Part shown: positions 35,416 through 49,577 of the stretch, in pieces
Numbering within the stretch: the first letter of the stretch is position 1
How the letters are laid out: every line of letters starts with the position of its first letter
From: Eledone cirrhosa
Taxonomy: Eukaryota
NCBI GenBank assembly: GCA_964016885.1
Contig: OZ024740.1
Span: 158,224,001-158,288,000, forward strand
Direction of reading: 5' to 3'
DNA length: 64,000 nucleotides
Translations under genes and position numbers: made by a program
Notes under the pieces: generated by a model
What the model was told of the DNA's origin: nothing
Databases searched by the model: none
Seen by the model: only the letters and a program-made list of their open reading frames with translations

Positions 35416-36019
35416 AGATGATGCATGACATACCCTGCCATAGTAGATGGTTAAGATTCAGTCATGGTCGTGAATAAGATATGACAAGACTCAATATTTA
35501 TATACCTTAAGATTGAGACATGAAAAAACTTACATATAATACAGAGGGTGCGTGTGAGAAAGCTTAAAAATACATAATAGCAATTTACATAACTGTTAGA
35601 GATTCAAATAATTAAAATTATTGAAGAAAGAAGAAAGAAAGAAGAAAGACAGGGAGAAACAGATGAGGAAAAAATATAGTTACTAGAAGTATAGAAAGCA
35701 AAAGAGAATTGATCAAGGATAGAGAGACAACAGGGGAATCATTTTTATAGTATAAAGCATAGATAAATATACATCTTTGTGAAAGAGTAAACTCAAATCT
35801 TTGAATTATCTAGAAGTATCCATCTATCTAAATATTAAATATATCTCGGTGTAATTATATGAGGGTTTAATTTCGAGTCCTCAATTAATAAGAAATATAC
35901 TAACAATTATTTATACACCATATATATCCAAACTTATCCGGCTGACCGTTAAATTCCAAATTCCTTATGTTAGTTCAGAATAATGGATTAAACTAAAGGT
36001 ATAATATTTCAGGCTATAA

Positions 36020-37110
36020 ACGTTTATAAATGTCTATATTAATATTAAAGTATACTAACATATTTAATTTATAAAATCATATTTAAAGTATTTTCAAACA
36101 TGAGAAAGAAACTTAGTATTTTCATCCACACGAAGGTATACCATATTAAAATTATATTATCTTATATTATTTTCCCATACTAAAATAATTCTCACTATAT
36201 AATTTAGAAAATAATTACAGTTATTTAAAATTAACAATTAGAATGTCCTAAAGCATCTAAAGGCCTTATAATTAAACTTTAAAAAGTTATTATTAAATTT
36301 GATATATGCATTTGTCCAATTACATACAAAAAGTATATTGTCTAAAGTTCAAGACGATATTAGGCAGTTATACATAACACAATATAATATAATAGAATAA
36401 ATAAGTTACTGTTATTATTGTTACAATTATGGTTTAGATCAATTATTGTATCTTAGGATCATGTAATGCACATATACTATACAAATTTCATGAATCGTAA
36501 GGAAACGAACCAGATTCAAAATAAATAAGTAAATTGTTTGCGATCATATAATTGCCAAATATTTAAGCTATATAATTTAAAATACAAGAAAATGTATATA
36601 GTAGTATAGTATCATATTTAAAGTGTCTGCAAACACGAGAAAGAGAAAACTTAAGATTTTCATCGACGCGAAGGTAATCCGAATTTAATTAAATAAAAAA
36701 ATAATAATCGTTATATAATTTAGAAAATATTTAACAATTATAACACTAGAATGTCCTTAAGTATCTAGAGTACATATAAATGTAGCTAGAAGCCTGTTAT
36801 TAAACCAGATATTCACATTTGTCCAAACACATACAGAGTATTCTGTTCGGAACTCAAGACGAATATTAGTGATCCATATACATATAATAAATAAATAATA
36901 AAAACATTGTTAGTAAAGTTATAATTGAAGTTTAACATCAAGTTAAGTGGAAAAAGCTTGTCGACTAGGATCGTGTACGACGCATATACCATACATATAT
37001 ATAAACAAATATGAATATATAAATCAAACATCTTGAATCTTAAAACTAATATACTCCAAAAGAATAAATACATAAATAGATAAAAGCATGAATTGTTTAC
37101 GGTTCATTAC
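36020..37110. repeat. Diverged tandem duplication with a period of about 535 bp
   Basis: Matching anchors ATCATATTTAAAGT (36077 and 36611), TAGAATGTCCT, CATTTGTCCAA, TCAAGACGA and TAGGATC.TGTA. Confidence 0.7.
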
Positions 37111-39391
37111 AACTGTCAACCATATAATCAATATATATTTTCGGTACCCCGGCCGATTTACTCACTCGATATGCAAATTAGGCTGCTCAGCCGTTAATAT
37201 ACATAAGGAAAGTATATACTTTCAGACGTTCAGTCATCTGGCAGGAAGGTATACGTTGCTGACGATAGCTAATAATCTTGAAACTAGTACAGCGTTCCTT
37301 TGTCAGGGTTGAACAAATGAGCAACGATGGTTGCTAGACACTGTACGGCTTAATTCGGGATGTTTGTTTACAAACACACCGAGCATTATAATAAATGTTC
37401 GGTGAATCCATACGTACATATATATATGTGTGCATATATGTATATATATATATACATACTACTGTACGTCTGTATACATATATGTATGTACGTATACATA
37501 CTTATATTTAAGTAACAGCCGTACTAAGAGTGAGAAATGAAATTTCGTTTCATTTTTTCCGCATATATATATATATATGCGCATACATAATGTACGTATA
37601 TGGGTAAACAACTTGTATATATGTATATATTTATATATATATACATGTATATATGTACATGTATATAGATATGTGTGTGCGTGTTTGTGTGTGTTTGTAT
37701 TTATCTATGTATGTATGCATTTGTGTATTATATGCACAAGCGCTGTTCGACTTACGAACACATTTTTTTCAACCAGCCGGTCGTATATCGATATGGGCCA
37801 AGTCTTATTCGTATGGAATTTTATATTTATTACTCACATGTCCTAGATTGATTATTTTATAACCACGTTCATCCATGCATCTTCTTCTAATATAACCCAG
37901 TCTCGTCTACATTGAAAATCGCTGCTTTTCATATCACTCGGATATAATGCAGATCATTTCTTTTCTTGAATCTATTAAACAAGAGGTTTTCAAAGTGGGC
38001 ACTACTGCTCCTGGGGTCGTTCAGAAAACCCAGGGTGGCGCTCGAACCTAAGGGGGCTGTTGATGGTTAGAAATGATATAATAGTATATTAAATATCAAA
38101 TGATAAATATTATATATAAATATAGTAAAATAAAAAATATATAATATTTGATTGTATGTATACTATATTTGGCAATATACCGTATGTTTAACTAAAAACA
38201 TTTTGAAGACCTTGCGCTATCGTTTTTAAAGTAGTGACTATGTCACTTACTTCTTTTTTCGGCAAAATGTTTTTAATTAAACATACGGTATATTGCCAAA
38301 TATACTATACATACATTCATGTATACATCGCTATTTCAGAGCACCAATCCTAATTTTTATATAATATTTATTTAAATATAGTATATATTATATCATATAT
38401 TATATATAAATTAACGATTTTATTTATTATATATTATTTGGAAATAGGGTTGGGGGACGCTGGGGGTATTCCCAAGCTAGAAATGGATGGTTTAATAATC
38501 AAACCCTCCATTTCTAGCTTGGAAGTTTTCTTTGTATTCCTCTCTTATTCGTTCCTTCAAAGTTTCAGCTATACTTGAAATTGTTGCAGACACATTTTTA
38601 TCGTGTCTGTCATTCAGAACATCAACAATTTCTCAATATTTTAAAGCTTGACTCCATGGTGTTCGAGCCTTTTACTGTGTCCGAACTCCTTCGTTTCTAA
38701 AAATAGTGAAGATCGATGTAAGAGACGACTGTAAATCACGTGCAATAACATCTCTTTTTCCTCTGTTTCTTTTTGGCTAACAATATTAATTTAAACTTTC
38801 ACAGTAAATTACTTTGTCTGCTTCTTGCATGATGTAAGGGTAAATGGAATAATCTTCCCTTTGCATTACATTTTTGGTAGTAGTAAGTCTTTAGAAACTT
38901 AAGAGAATAATTGTGATATGTTTGCTGTAGTGTAAATGATGCCGAGAGAACACATGATAATGATGCTATTCAGAGATAAATATGGGGGAGAACGTAGGAA
39001 TATTTGTACACAAGTATTGAAGCATAACGGAAGCCAAGAGAAAGATCGTACGCTTGCACTGATATATAAATGGTCGTAAATGTGAGTGGTCATAAGACGC
39101 TTAGGCCGTATCTCGAAGAGTGAATATATATATAATAGTGAGTATGAATCGAAGTTGTAGCCGCCATATAGCAGGTACTAATCGATTTATACATATAATA
39201 TAAATAATATAAATATATACATATCTGAGTGTATGTGTGTGTACATGTATATTTGCAAGAATATATTTACGTTTATGTTTATATATTTATATATATATAT
39301 ATACATATACACAAACATAATTATATACACATATATATATAATACATATATATACATATATATATATACATGTACAATCAGGTACACACAG

Positions 39392-39422
<31 letters not shown>

Positions 39423-39474
39423 CAAACCTAATTATATACATATATAATACACATATATTCATGTACACTTACAC

Positions 39475-39575
<101 letters not shown>

Positions 39576-40984
39576 TGTATATATAGTGTATTTTGCAATA
39601 CACTGTATGCTTAATTAAAAGCATTTCGAAGACCTTACGCTATTGTTTTAGAGTAGTGACAGTCTCACTTACATTAATTTTCAGCAAACAGGGGAGATAA
39701 AGCTGACAGAGCTCTGTTTCACACTTTTTGGTGCTTATCAAAGCTAAGTACTCCACCTGTTTGCTGAAAATCATGAATGTTTGATTCTTATAGAATTCTA
39801 GTAATAATCAGGAACTGATTATACAGATCGGTTGCCGGTCAAGCAGAAATTGAAAATTAGAATTGGTGCTCTGAAATAGCGATATATATATGAATGTATA
39901 TATAGTGTATCGCTATTTCGGAGCACCAATTCTAAGTCAATCTGTGAACGCGGAAGTGAATATTTCAAAAAACGTTGCAACCGGAGGAAGACAGGAAGAC
40001 GATACTTTGGTTCGTCGAAACGTTCCCTGGCAAAGAATAGGAAAAAACGAATATAATATGTCATTATTTGGAACGGTGAAAAACAATTACACGCAAAGAC
40101 AAAACCACGTTTATGGTATAAAAGAAGTCGTAGACTAATATTCTATTAGGTGGTTCATAGAGACGTTCTCTGGCAATGAACGGAAAAAACGAAGATAATA
40201 CGTCATATGTTGTACGGGGAGAACACTAGCACGCAAAGACAAAACCACGTAAATCGTATAACTGAAGTCGTAGACTAAAATTCTAACTAGGAAACCGAAT
40301 GATTCTCGGCTTCAGAGTTAAGAATAAAGTAAATAAAATACAGAGGTAATCGAAATTAAATAAATACATACACGCATCGATATACGTACATAGACAAACA
40401 TACGCGAAAACACTCGCCATAGGTATACAAATACACGCACGTACACAAAAAAAACCCAAAAAAAAAAACCCGCACACACATACAGAACCCGTGCAACGCC
40501 TGTACCCGCACGCATACGAATGTATACACCAAATACACACAAAATTATATATAAAAATATACATATTAATATATATATATGTGTGTGTGTGGACGTGTAT
40601 ACATATAATTAAATAAACGTATATAAATAAATAAATACGTATATAACAAGCACACACACATACCTACATGTAAATACACATATGTTCGAAGACGTACGTC
40701 AACCAAAACACGAAGTACACATATACACACACCCTACATATGTACGAACCCGCATACTCGCACAGACGCAAAACTCACGTATACACATAACCAAAAGCAT
40801 ATGTACCAGGATATATAATATATACGCCAAAACACATACAATCAAATATACGTACGAGGAAGTATACGTACCTTCATAAAACATACAGGTAATATATACT
40901 TACCTATACAAATAAGTAATGGTATAAATATAACATATACTTAGCTACCACATCAAGACGTAAAATATCCGCGTATAGTTCGTA

Positions 40985-42150
40985 CTATCCGTTAGTTTTG
41001 TGCAATTTATGTTTACAAGCCGAAATTGCCTCAGATTTTTTGTTTAAGATGTGGTCTATGGCGTAAAGTATTTCCAGGGCCTCAGCGGCGCAGAGGTCAC
41101 ATGGTCTTTTATTTCCGTTATACAATCTAGCCCTAGCTAGGATCTCCCAGTGTAACTTATATTGGGTATGGTTGTCTTTTAGACTCCAGATATTAGCTGA
41201 AAGTGACGTCATATTCCTTCTTAAAGGGTAACGAAAAGAATGGGTATGCATGTAAAGACTCTGCTTGAATCTATTGGCGGTTAACCCTATGTAGTCCCTA
41301 AGGGACGTGGGTGTTTCAACCTTACATTTGTAGACAATGTTACTAGAGAGACATTTCCCGGATAGGGGGCAGTCAACCGGATTCCTACAATTACAGTTAG
41401 TACTAACTACAGGGTTGCACGTGTTCCTACGGCTAGGTAGTTTAGCTAAATTTGAAGCTGTGATGTTATGTGCAAGGTTAGGAGTCGAGGAGTAAGAAAT
41501 TTTAATAGTATTTCTATTAAAAATTTTACTATATTTATGTGTAGGGGGAAATGCTTCGTAATAAGGGAGAGAAAGATCTTAGCTAATGGTGTGGCCACCT
41601 CCATATTATATGGTGGGTTATACCATATAATGCGTCGGGATCTATTTCTTCTAGCTCTATTCTCGTACTCTGTATACGCTACCTTATCGACAAATCCACT
41701 CCGAGCAAGAGCTTCATTGTAATATGTGGAATGGTCGTTGAAAATATGCTCGTTAGTAGATAGACGGGAAAGCCTCAAAGAAACGTTTCTTAGCAGCTTC
41801 TTGGTTAAGCTGGCAGGATGGTTAGAAAGCTTACTTATGTAATTAAGCGTATCATTCGGCTTTCTATACGGGTAATGAAAGCCATTCAATAAATTGAGGG
41901 TAACGTCGAGGTAATTAACGACAGAGAGGTTGGCCTCAACCTGTATGGAGAGGTTGAAGCCTTTAAAGAAGGTTGTGAGTTCTTTTCTGAACCTGTCGTA
42001 AGCACGTGGGCCGCACTTAGTCATGGTCAAAAGACCATCATCACGGTACAAACCACCGCCCACGTTGGGGAATTCTTCCTTGATAGAGAAAAGAAGGAAA
42101 AGGCCGATAAGATCAGTAACCTCCGCAGATTCGCTGGCACCCATACTCAC
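40985..42150 (-). pseudogene. Penelope-like element (Naiad-type) RT + GIY-YIG, 5'-truncated, one frameshift near 41545
   Basis: SMGASESAEVTDLIG, GLYRDDGL, NYLDVTL, YRKPN, SNHP, WYNPPY; after the shift CNCRNPVDCPLSGKCL, IVYKC..DYIGLT..RFK, CDLC..E, LNKKSE...CKH. Confidence 0.88.
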
Positions 42151-42219
42151 GTACTTCTTTGGAGATACGAAATATTTATACATATTGTATAAAGCTATGC
42201 TTGAAGCGAAATCCTATTT

Positions 42220-42281
<62 letters not shown>

Positions 42282-42410
42282 TGATAAGATGATATTGGGT
42301 GTGAGTTTGAAAAATGTTTGAAATATATTTGCGACAACGCATGTACTACGTATAAAATAGTCGAACAAGTTGAGTAAATTTCATTGAAGACAGAGATATG
42401 TATGTATGTC

Positions 42411-42562
42411 AGGTGGCGAATTAGTTGAGTCGCTAGAACGAATAGAATGCTTTATGGTATTCGTTCCGGCTCTCTCCTCGTTGAGTTCAAATCCCGCCGA
42501 GGTCATCTTTGCCATTCATCTTTTCGAAGTCGATAAAATATGCACCAGTCTAGTACTGGGGT
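42411..42562 (+). mobile_element. Older related tRNA SINE copy
   Basis: GAGTTCAAATCCCGCCGAGGTC..CTTTGCCATTCATC..GTCGATAAAATA..ACCAGT matches the core of the 45089 SINE. Confidence 0.7.
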
Positions 42563-43536
42563 TTTCTCGTTTTCTCTCTCTCAATTTCTATCTTTCGCAG
42601 GAAGAAATCAGCTGTACTCAGGCCTTGAGAGAGATGGGCTCCGCCAGGCTTAAAATGACAGAGAATCACCGTATGTCAATACGCCGCCTCTACGATTCTA
42701 TCAGGAGTTACAGGACCATACCATACCTTGTATGTATGTATGTATGTATGTATGTATTCTATGTTGGGTCACTCTTGATTGCTACTGGTAACATGTAACC
42801 CAGTACAACCTGTCGAATGGTCGGGTCGTCGGCGACTAAACCGGCAACCCCACCAAGTTTACCTGGTGAGGAGGGTGATTTTGGATACCCTGCAGGACAA
42901 AAAACAAAACCTGACAAAGGGCGGAAGAACTCATAACAGTTAACGGCCATCCAGATATGCGTAAATCTGTATATACACATGTACCACGCGGTTAAACCAC
43001 TGGGAGTGAAGGATCCCTAGTCTTTGTCAGGGCATTCTTCTAGGAGAAGGCAACTCAGGAAACTGGGATAACTCCGATATAAAACCCGTGGCTCAGTAGT
43101 TACCGATGATGTTGATCTGTTCTTCTTTTCGCTCAGAGAGTGGGATTGGCTCAGTGCACAGTCTTTCCTCACTTAAAAAAATTATCTTCACGCACAGTCA
43201 TTGCACGATAGAATTAATTAATAATTATTAATAATGGTATATTGTGGAATAGCCATACTCGATAACGAGGGGGCAGCCATCATGTATGTATGTATGTATG
43301 TATGTATGTATGTATGTATGTATGTATGTATGTATGTATGTATGTATGTATTATGTATGCATGTATGCGTATATGTATGTATGTTCGCATGTATGCTTGT
43401 ATGTATGTATATATGTATGTATGCATGCATGTATATATGTAAGCATGCATGTATGTATGTAAGCATGTATGTATGTAAGCATGTATGTATGTATGCATGT
43501 ATGTATGCATCTATGTATGTATATATGTATGCGTGA

Positions 43537-43594
<58 letters not shown>

Positions 43595-44050
43595 ATATAT
43601 ATGCATGTATGTATGCTTGTATGTATATATGTATATATATATATATATGCATGTATGTATATATGTATGCGTGAAAGTATGTATATATGTATGCATGTAT
43701 GTATATATGTATGCATGTATGTATGTATGCATGTATGTATATATGTACGTATATATGTACGTAAGTATGTATGTATAATTATCTCTATAGTTTTTAAGGT
43801 AATGATTTCTGATATAAGATAATTATGATTTATACCTATAGCTATCATATCTATAACTGCGTTACGTTATTTTTTTTTATCAGAAATCATGTTAATCCTT
43901 TTTTAAGTATTTCCTTCAATCTTCTTACATTTATTTCTTTAAATCTTATATAGATTATTTCTCACGCCGCCACAAAATCACTTTAATCCCACATATATAT
44001 GTATGTAAGTATATTCTTCTGGTTTTATAATTTCACAAAGTTTTACCAAT

Positions 44051-44917
44051 AGAGAGAGAGTCGGTTTCTAACATAGACACAAGACTCTCTCATTGGAATT
44101 TACACATCATCAACTGTATGCATGTGTAGATATGGATGTTATTGTTTGTGTGGATGTGTATGTTTTGAGTTGTATGTCTGCATGTGTATATGCTTTGCAT
44201 CTGTACATGTGTATATGCAGTTATTAGATGCAATATTTTTGGAATGTTTTACATATTTTTACTGTTCCATTAATGGATTGTACTTGTAATTTCCTTAACT
44301 AGTTGTGTTCTTTCTATTCCTGTGAAGCCTAGCTTCTCAAGATTTGTATTGAGGCAGTTACTAACATACCACAGTGCCTTAATAATCACAGGCATAAATC
44401 TGAAGGTGTAATCAAGGTGGAGAATCTGCAGATTTCTCATCAGTTCTGCATAAATATTCTCCTTTTCACTAATCTTTGATATTATATTGGCATCTGCTGG
44501 GCAGTTAATTTCCACTACTGTGCATGCTTTCTTCTCCCTGTCCCATATCGTAATATCTGGTCTGTTATGCCTGCATTTTATTGGGGTTTTTACTGGAACA
44601 TTCCACCAGTACTCTTTCATATTATGTACATGGATGTCTTCCACATTGCTGTAGTTTTAATGTGTTTATTATCGGGGCTATCTTTTTTACGAACTGCATT
44701 GTACAGTGTTTTGGCCACTACATCATGCCTCATAGGTAGATAGTACCGCGATGACATATTTGGACAGCTGCTGATGACATGAGTGATATCCTCGATGTTA
44801 GTTCTGCAGTGTCTGCACTTGTTATCACATCTAGGTGTTTTGCCTGCATCCCTATCTCTTTTGTGAATCAGGTATTTCGTGTTAATTTCCTGTTCTTGGA
44901 TTGCAAAAGTGAATCCA
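44051..44917 (-). mobile_element. Divergent R4/Dong-like RLE element 3' fragment (family D)
   Basis: FAIQEQEI..CRHC..EDITHVISSC..RHDVVA and HNRPDITIWD..VVEINCP..KENIY. Confidence 0.8.
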
Positions 44918-45088
44918 TATTTTTATAGAATTGTAAAGTAAATATTATTTCTATTTAAATGATTCTGATGAGCTTATCACAACAGGAATGGAGTATTTTA
45001 ACGTAATTAAATCAATTAAATGATTAAATTTAAATCCTTGTTAATTCTTCTTCTTCTTCTTCTTATTATTATTATTATTATTATAAAA

Positions 45089-45273
45089 GGGCGGTGGATT
45101 GGCAGTATCGGTGGAGGGTCGGACGCCATGCTTTCCAGCATAGTTACGTCCCTTTACGATCTGAGTTCAACTCCCGCCGAGGTTGACTTTGCCTTTCATC
45201 CTTACGGGGTCGATAAAATAAAGTACCAGTAATGCACTGGGTAATTGCTGGCCTTGTGCCTAAAGTAGAAACA
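45089..45273 (+). mobile_element. tRNA-derived SINE with Nin/Deu-like core inserted in (ATT)n
   Basis: A-box-like TGGATTGGCAGTATCGG, B-box GAGTTCAACTCC at 45163-45174, core GCCTTTCATCCTTACGGGGTCGATAAAATAAAGTACCAG; (ATT)n on both sides. Confidence 0.82.
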
Positions 45274-45306
<33 letters not shown>

Positions 45307-47184
45307 GTTGTTATTCCTTGAATCTCAGTCATTGATGTTGGTTAACTGGAAGTCCGTTGGAATGAATATCAAGCCACTACCTGCAGCCTCAGATATTCAG
45401 GACGTATCGGAGGGTTCTTGCTGTTCCCAGCAAGCATGCCTTTTGAAGCGTTCCAAAAAGCGTGAAGGGGCCGATTTTCTTTAACCATCCCTGGAAACTT
45501 TTGGAGATAGTCCCCAGTGCACCTATGACAATCGGGATCACTTTGACTTCATGGCAGTTCCAAATCCTTTTCACCTCCCACTTTAGGTTCTGGTATCGGT
45601 TAATTTCCTCCCTCTCCTTCTCTTGCACTCTCGTGTCGAAAGGGCAGGCCACATGCACAATCAGACACGATCTTTTTTCTTTGTCCACAACCACCAGGTC
45701 AGGTCTATTGTGTTCCAGTTTTTTGTCCGTCTGTATCCTAAAATCCCACAGCACCTTCACCTGATTGTTCTCCATCACCGCCTCTGGCCTATGCTCATAC
45801 CATTTCTCAGAATGTGGTAAATTGTTTACTTTGCACAGGTGCCAGTGGATCAGCCTGCCCATCACATCGTGTCTCCAGCCCTTATAGTGGGTCTGGGCTA
45901 GGTGTTTACACTCGGACACAATGTGAGCCACAGTCTCCTCTCTCTCTCCACAGATCCTGCACAGTGGGCTAGCCTCGTCCTTGTAAATATGGTGCTTCAA
46001 CCACTTCGTTTTGAGGGCCTGCTCCTCTGCAGCCATTAGCATTCCTTCTGTAGCCTTTTTGAGGTCTCCTCTTCTCAACCAGTTCCATGTCTGTGGATCT
46101 CTAAATTCAGTTTTCTCAAAGAAGGTACTATGAAGGGATTTTCCCTTAAGGCTGCTCTTCCTCCTTGATGTTATTTCCTCCTTGGACATCCCTGGCCTAC
46201 TGTCCCCTCCTTCAGTACAGTTCTGAGCATTGGCTCCTTACTATAGGTCACGTATTTGTATAGGTTGTTTTTCTCCATCTGAACACAGTCCTCTATGCTG
46301 ATAAGACCTCTTCCACCCTCAGATCTCCTTAGGTAGAGTCTATCGACATCACTCCTCTTGTGGAACATGTTGTAGATAGTCAATAGCTTCCTAGTCTTCC
46401 TATCCATTTCTTTTTGTTCAGCAACATTCCATCTCAGAATTCCCGCACTGTACCTAATAATAGACACAGCTCGGGAATTTACTGCGCTTATGGCATTTCT
46501 GCTGTTCAGATGTGACTTCAATACGCTCCTTACTCTCCGAATGTATTCAGTTCTTATCAATTCCTTCATTTTTTTGTTCTTTATGCCATCAGCCTCCAGA
46601 ACGCCCAAATACTTGTATCCTTCCTCAGAGTCAATTTCCTTTATCATCTCACCTGTTGGTATCTGGATCCCGTTACTTCTGCTCAACCTACCCCTCCTCA
46701 TCACAATGACTCCACATTTCCTAATACCAAACTGCATACATATATCACTGCTGAAAATACGGACAGTGTCAACAAGCACATCCAACTCCTTCTCACTTTT
46801 CCCGAAGAGCTTAAGATCGTCCATGAAGAGGAGGTGATTGATGGTAAGCTCTCCCTTTCCCAACTTGTATCCTGCTCTCACTTTTCGCAGCATAATGGTC
46901 AAGGGCATCAGGGCAAGGACAAACAACAGAGGGGACAGGCTATCTCCCTGGAAGATACCTCTCTTGATCTTCACGCTTCCCAAGGATACTCCAGTTGATG
47001 TCAACTCTGTATCCCAGGACCCCATACTCCTGCCCAGCAACTGTCTGATGTTATCTGCCACCCTGAAGATCTCCAGGCTTTTGGTGATCCAAGAATGAGG
47101 CACCATGTCAAATGCCTTTCTGTAGTCTATCCATCCCATGGCAAGATCAGTGTGTCTCCTCCTGCAATTCCCCATTACCATCTT
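45307..47184 (-). mobile_element. R4/Dong subfamily A, 5'-truncated (about 1.9 kb)
   Basis: Near-identical to 4147-6030, with one frameshift near 46190; (ATT)n on both sides. Confidence 0.92.
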
Positions 47185-47185
47185 A

Positions 47186-47231
<46 letters not shown>

Positions 47232-47447
47232 GAATGCCATGGTTGACGGAGGCTCGGCTCTGTAAGGTATAGTAATTTTTAACCGTTAAAACAATTGTAA
47301 ATTGTTTAAAACTTGAACCAAATTGTTGATAAAGACACCCTCCTCCTCGTGAGAGGGGTCTTTCTGTCCGTTATTTGGCCCTTCGGGGTTAAATAACCAG
47401 TTATTGGGGTTTTGTACCCAAAATTTCATTTTAAACAAAAAAACAAC

Positions 47448-49542
47448 ATGGCTACGAAAAAGAAATTTCATACGTCACTCCCACTCATTCCGTCTTCTTC
47501 TTCCTCAATCATCACTACAGCAGAGAGAAGATTGTCTCTCTCCCTCCCTTCTTTAAATGTGTCTCTCTCCCTCCCTTCTCTTTCGCAAGTGACGAAAGAA
47601 AAGAAAAGTCTCGTGCAAAGCGTGCAATGTTTCTCCACGACGACGACGACAGCGACGAAACAGGTGTGCGGGAAATACGAAAACCCAGTTCATTCGTCTG
47701 ACGTCAGGAATAATAGCAGTAGCAGCCGTAATAACAACAGCAACAGTGACAATGAAAACAACAGTAGCAGCCGCAACAGCATCACCAGCAGCATAAACAA
47801 CAACAGCATTAGCAGCAGCAACACCAACAACAACCACAGCAACAGCGGCGGAGGCAGTAGTCGTAGTACCTGCAGCAACAACAAAAGTACCAGCAGCTCT
47901 GACGACAACAACAACAGCAGAGAAAAACCAATCTCATTTGCAGGTATTGCGAAAAACTTGGAAACAATCCTCATAACAAATGAGGAATTAGAGGAAGCGA
48001 AGAAGATGGTGACAAAGAACGGACACCGAGCAATCTGCAAGGCAGCGGAAAAATTTTTCGAAACCCAAGAGCACTGTACGGTCACGTACCGTACAGTAAG
48101 TACAAAATCCCGTAGGGTGGAAAGAGCCACAGAGGCCCAAATACAAAAAGCCTTGGGGTCTGTGTGGCAGCGGAAAACGCACATCACCCGAGGCAAAAAA
48201 TATGCCACCGTAGACGTACTTTTTGCCACACCCCAGGAGGCAAAGTCCCAATCAGTAGTGACCCTAAGGAGCGAGGAAATGGTGTTGGTGCCCTCCTACT
48301 GCGGGCAAAAAATTGTGAGGGTCAAACTGACCCACGTCCCACCCGGAATGACCCCTTCTTGGCTGGCCGCGTCTGTCCTCGTCGGAATCGAGGACAAAAC
48401 AACTGTACTGCAAGTACAGAAAAAAGTAAGAGAAGATTGGGTCGGCTCCTCCATTGAGATGCTAATCCAAACCAACCAGGAGTGCATCGAAGCTATCCCG
48501 GATGTGATAGACTTCGATAACGGCACTCAACTGCCCATAAGTGTTGAGGGCAAACGCCCGAAATGCTTTCGCTGTGGATCGAAGACTCACCTCAGGGCCT
48601 TCTGCAACGAGAAGACCCTGAGAAAGGAGAAAACCCCCCTCCTTCCGAATCCGGCTCCACGGCTACCAGCAACAGGACAAGCGGCAACCAGGAACGATAG
48701 GTCCGTGGCACCCATACCCACTCCACGGAAATCAAAAACAGCAGCAGCAGTGGAAATATTAACAACAACAACAGCAATACCAAATTCAGCTGCAACAGAG
48801 ACTCCAGTGCAAACATCACCAACAACAACAAGTGAAAGAGTGGAGCTGGTACCCCTCCCCGACCTCACAGAATCAGACATGGAGTGTGAGGTGGGAGAGG
48901 GATGGCAAAAGGTCGTAAGAAGGCACAAACGCAGAAGCAGCGCATCGTCGCCTTTGAAAAGGGAGGAAAGAAATGAGAAAAGGGTAAAGTCTACTGCAAA
49001 GAGACCCACAGCAGCAACAACACCAACACCATCACCACCCACACTAGCACCACCATCACCACCGGCGACAACCCCACCGCCAACAACACCTTCAACACCA
49101 CCACCACAAGCACCAACATCGCAAACACAACAACAAAACACACACACCCAGCAACAACGACAAGAAAATAGCGGAACCACACCCCACCCCCAGAAAAACA
49201 AATGCACGGCAATAAATACACACAACAAGAAACTAATGACTTACATAATTGAACACAGACATTTCACAACAGGACTACATAATACCAGCACCAATCAAAT
49301 CGCCAACTAACATAAGACTGCTAAAAATAGCACAGAAACAATACACAAACATTAAAACGAAATTCCCCAACGCAGTTGGTGATTTCAGGGACCTAGGAGG
49401 AACCATCAATCGAAGAGTATACTCAGACATTCTCTTAGAAGAGCCGACGACCAGCCGAAGGGACGATTCAACGGTCCCTTCACCAGACGATCAAGTGAAA
49501 AGGGATGTAAAAACCATCCCTCCTCAACCAAAAGTACGGTAA
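47448..49542 (+). pseudogene. Tx1-B ORF1 with a 2-bp deletion near 49255
   Basis: GAACACAGAC here vs GAACACACAGAC in copy 1. Confidence 0.85.
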
Positions 49543-49577
49543 GTGGTCTTTCCCATCTTTTCCACTCTATTTTAAAC

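Noticed and set aside
37978-39100. hAT/Charlie-like terminus (CAAGAGGTTTTCAAAGTGG) and transposase relic
   Set aside because: No partner TIR or TSD found and the protein similarity is too weak to call by eye.
40985-41450. Selenocysteine recoding, reported for some Naiad elements
   Set aside because: The conserved Cys positions here and in 61030-61420 are TGT/TGC, with no in-frame TGA at those sites.
44960-45010. CTGATGAGC core-like string
   Set aside because: No matching stem II or GAAA downstream.
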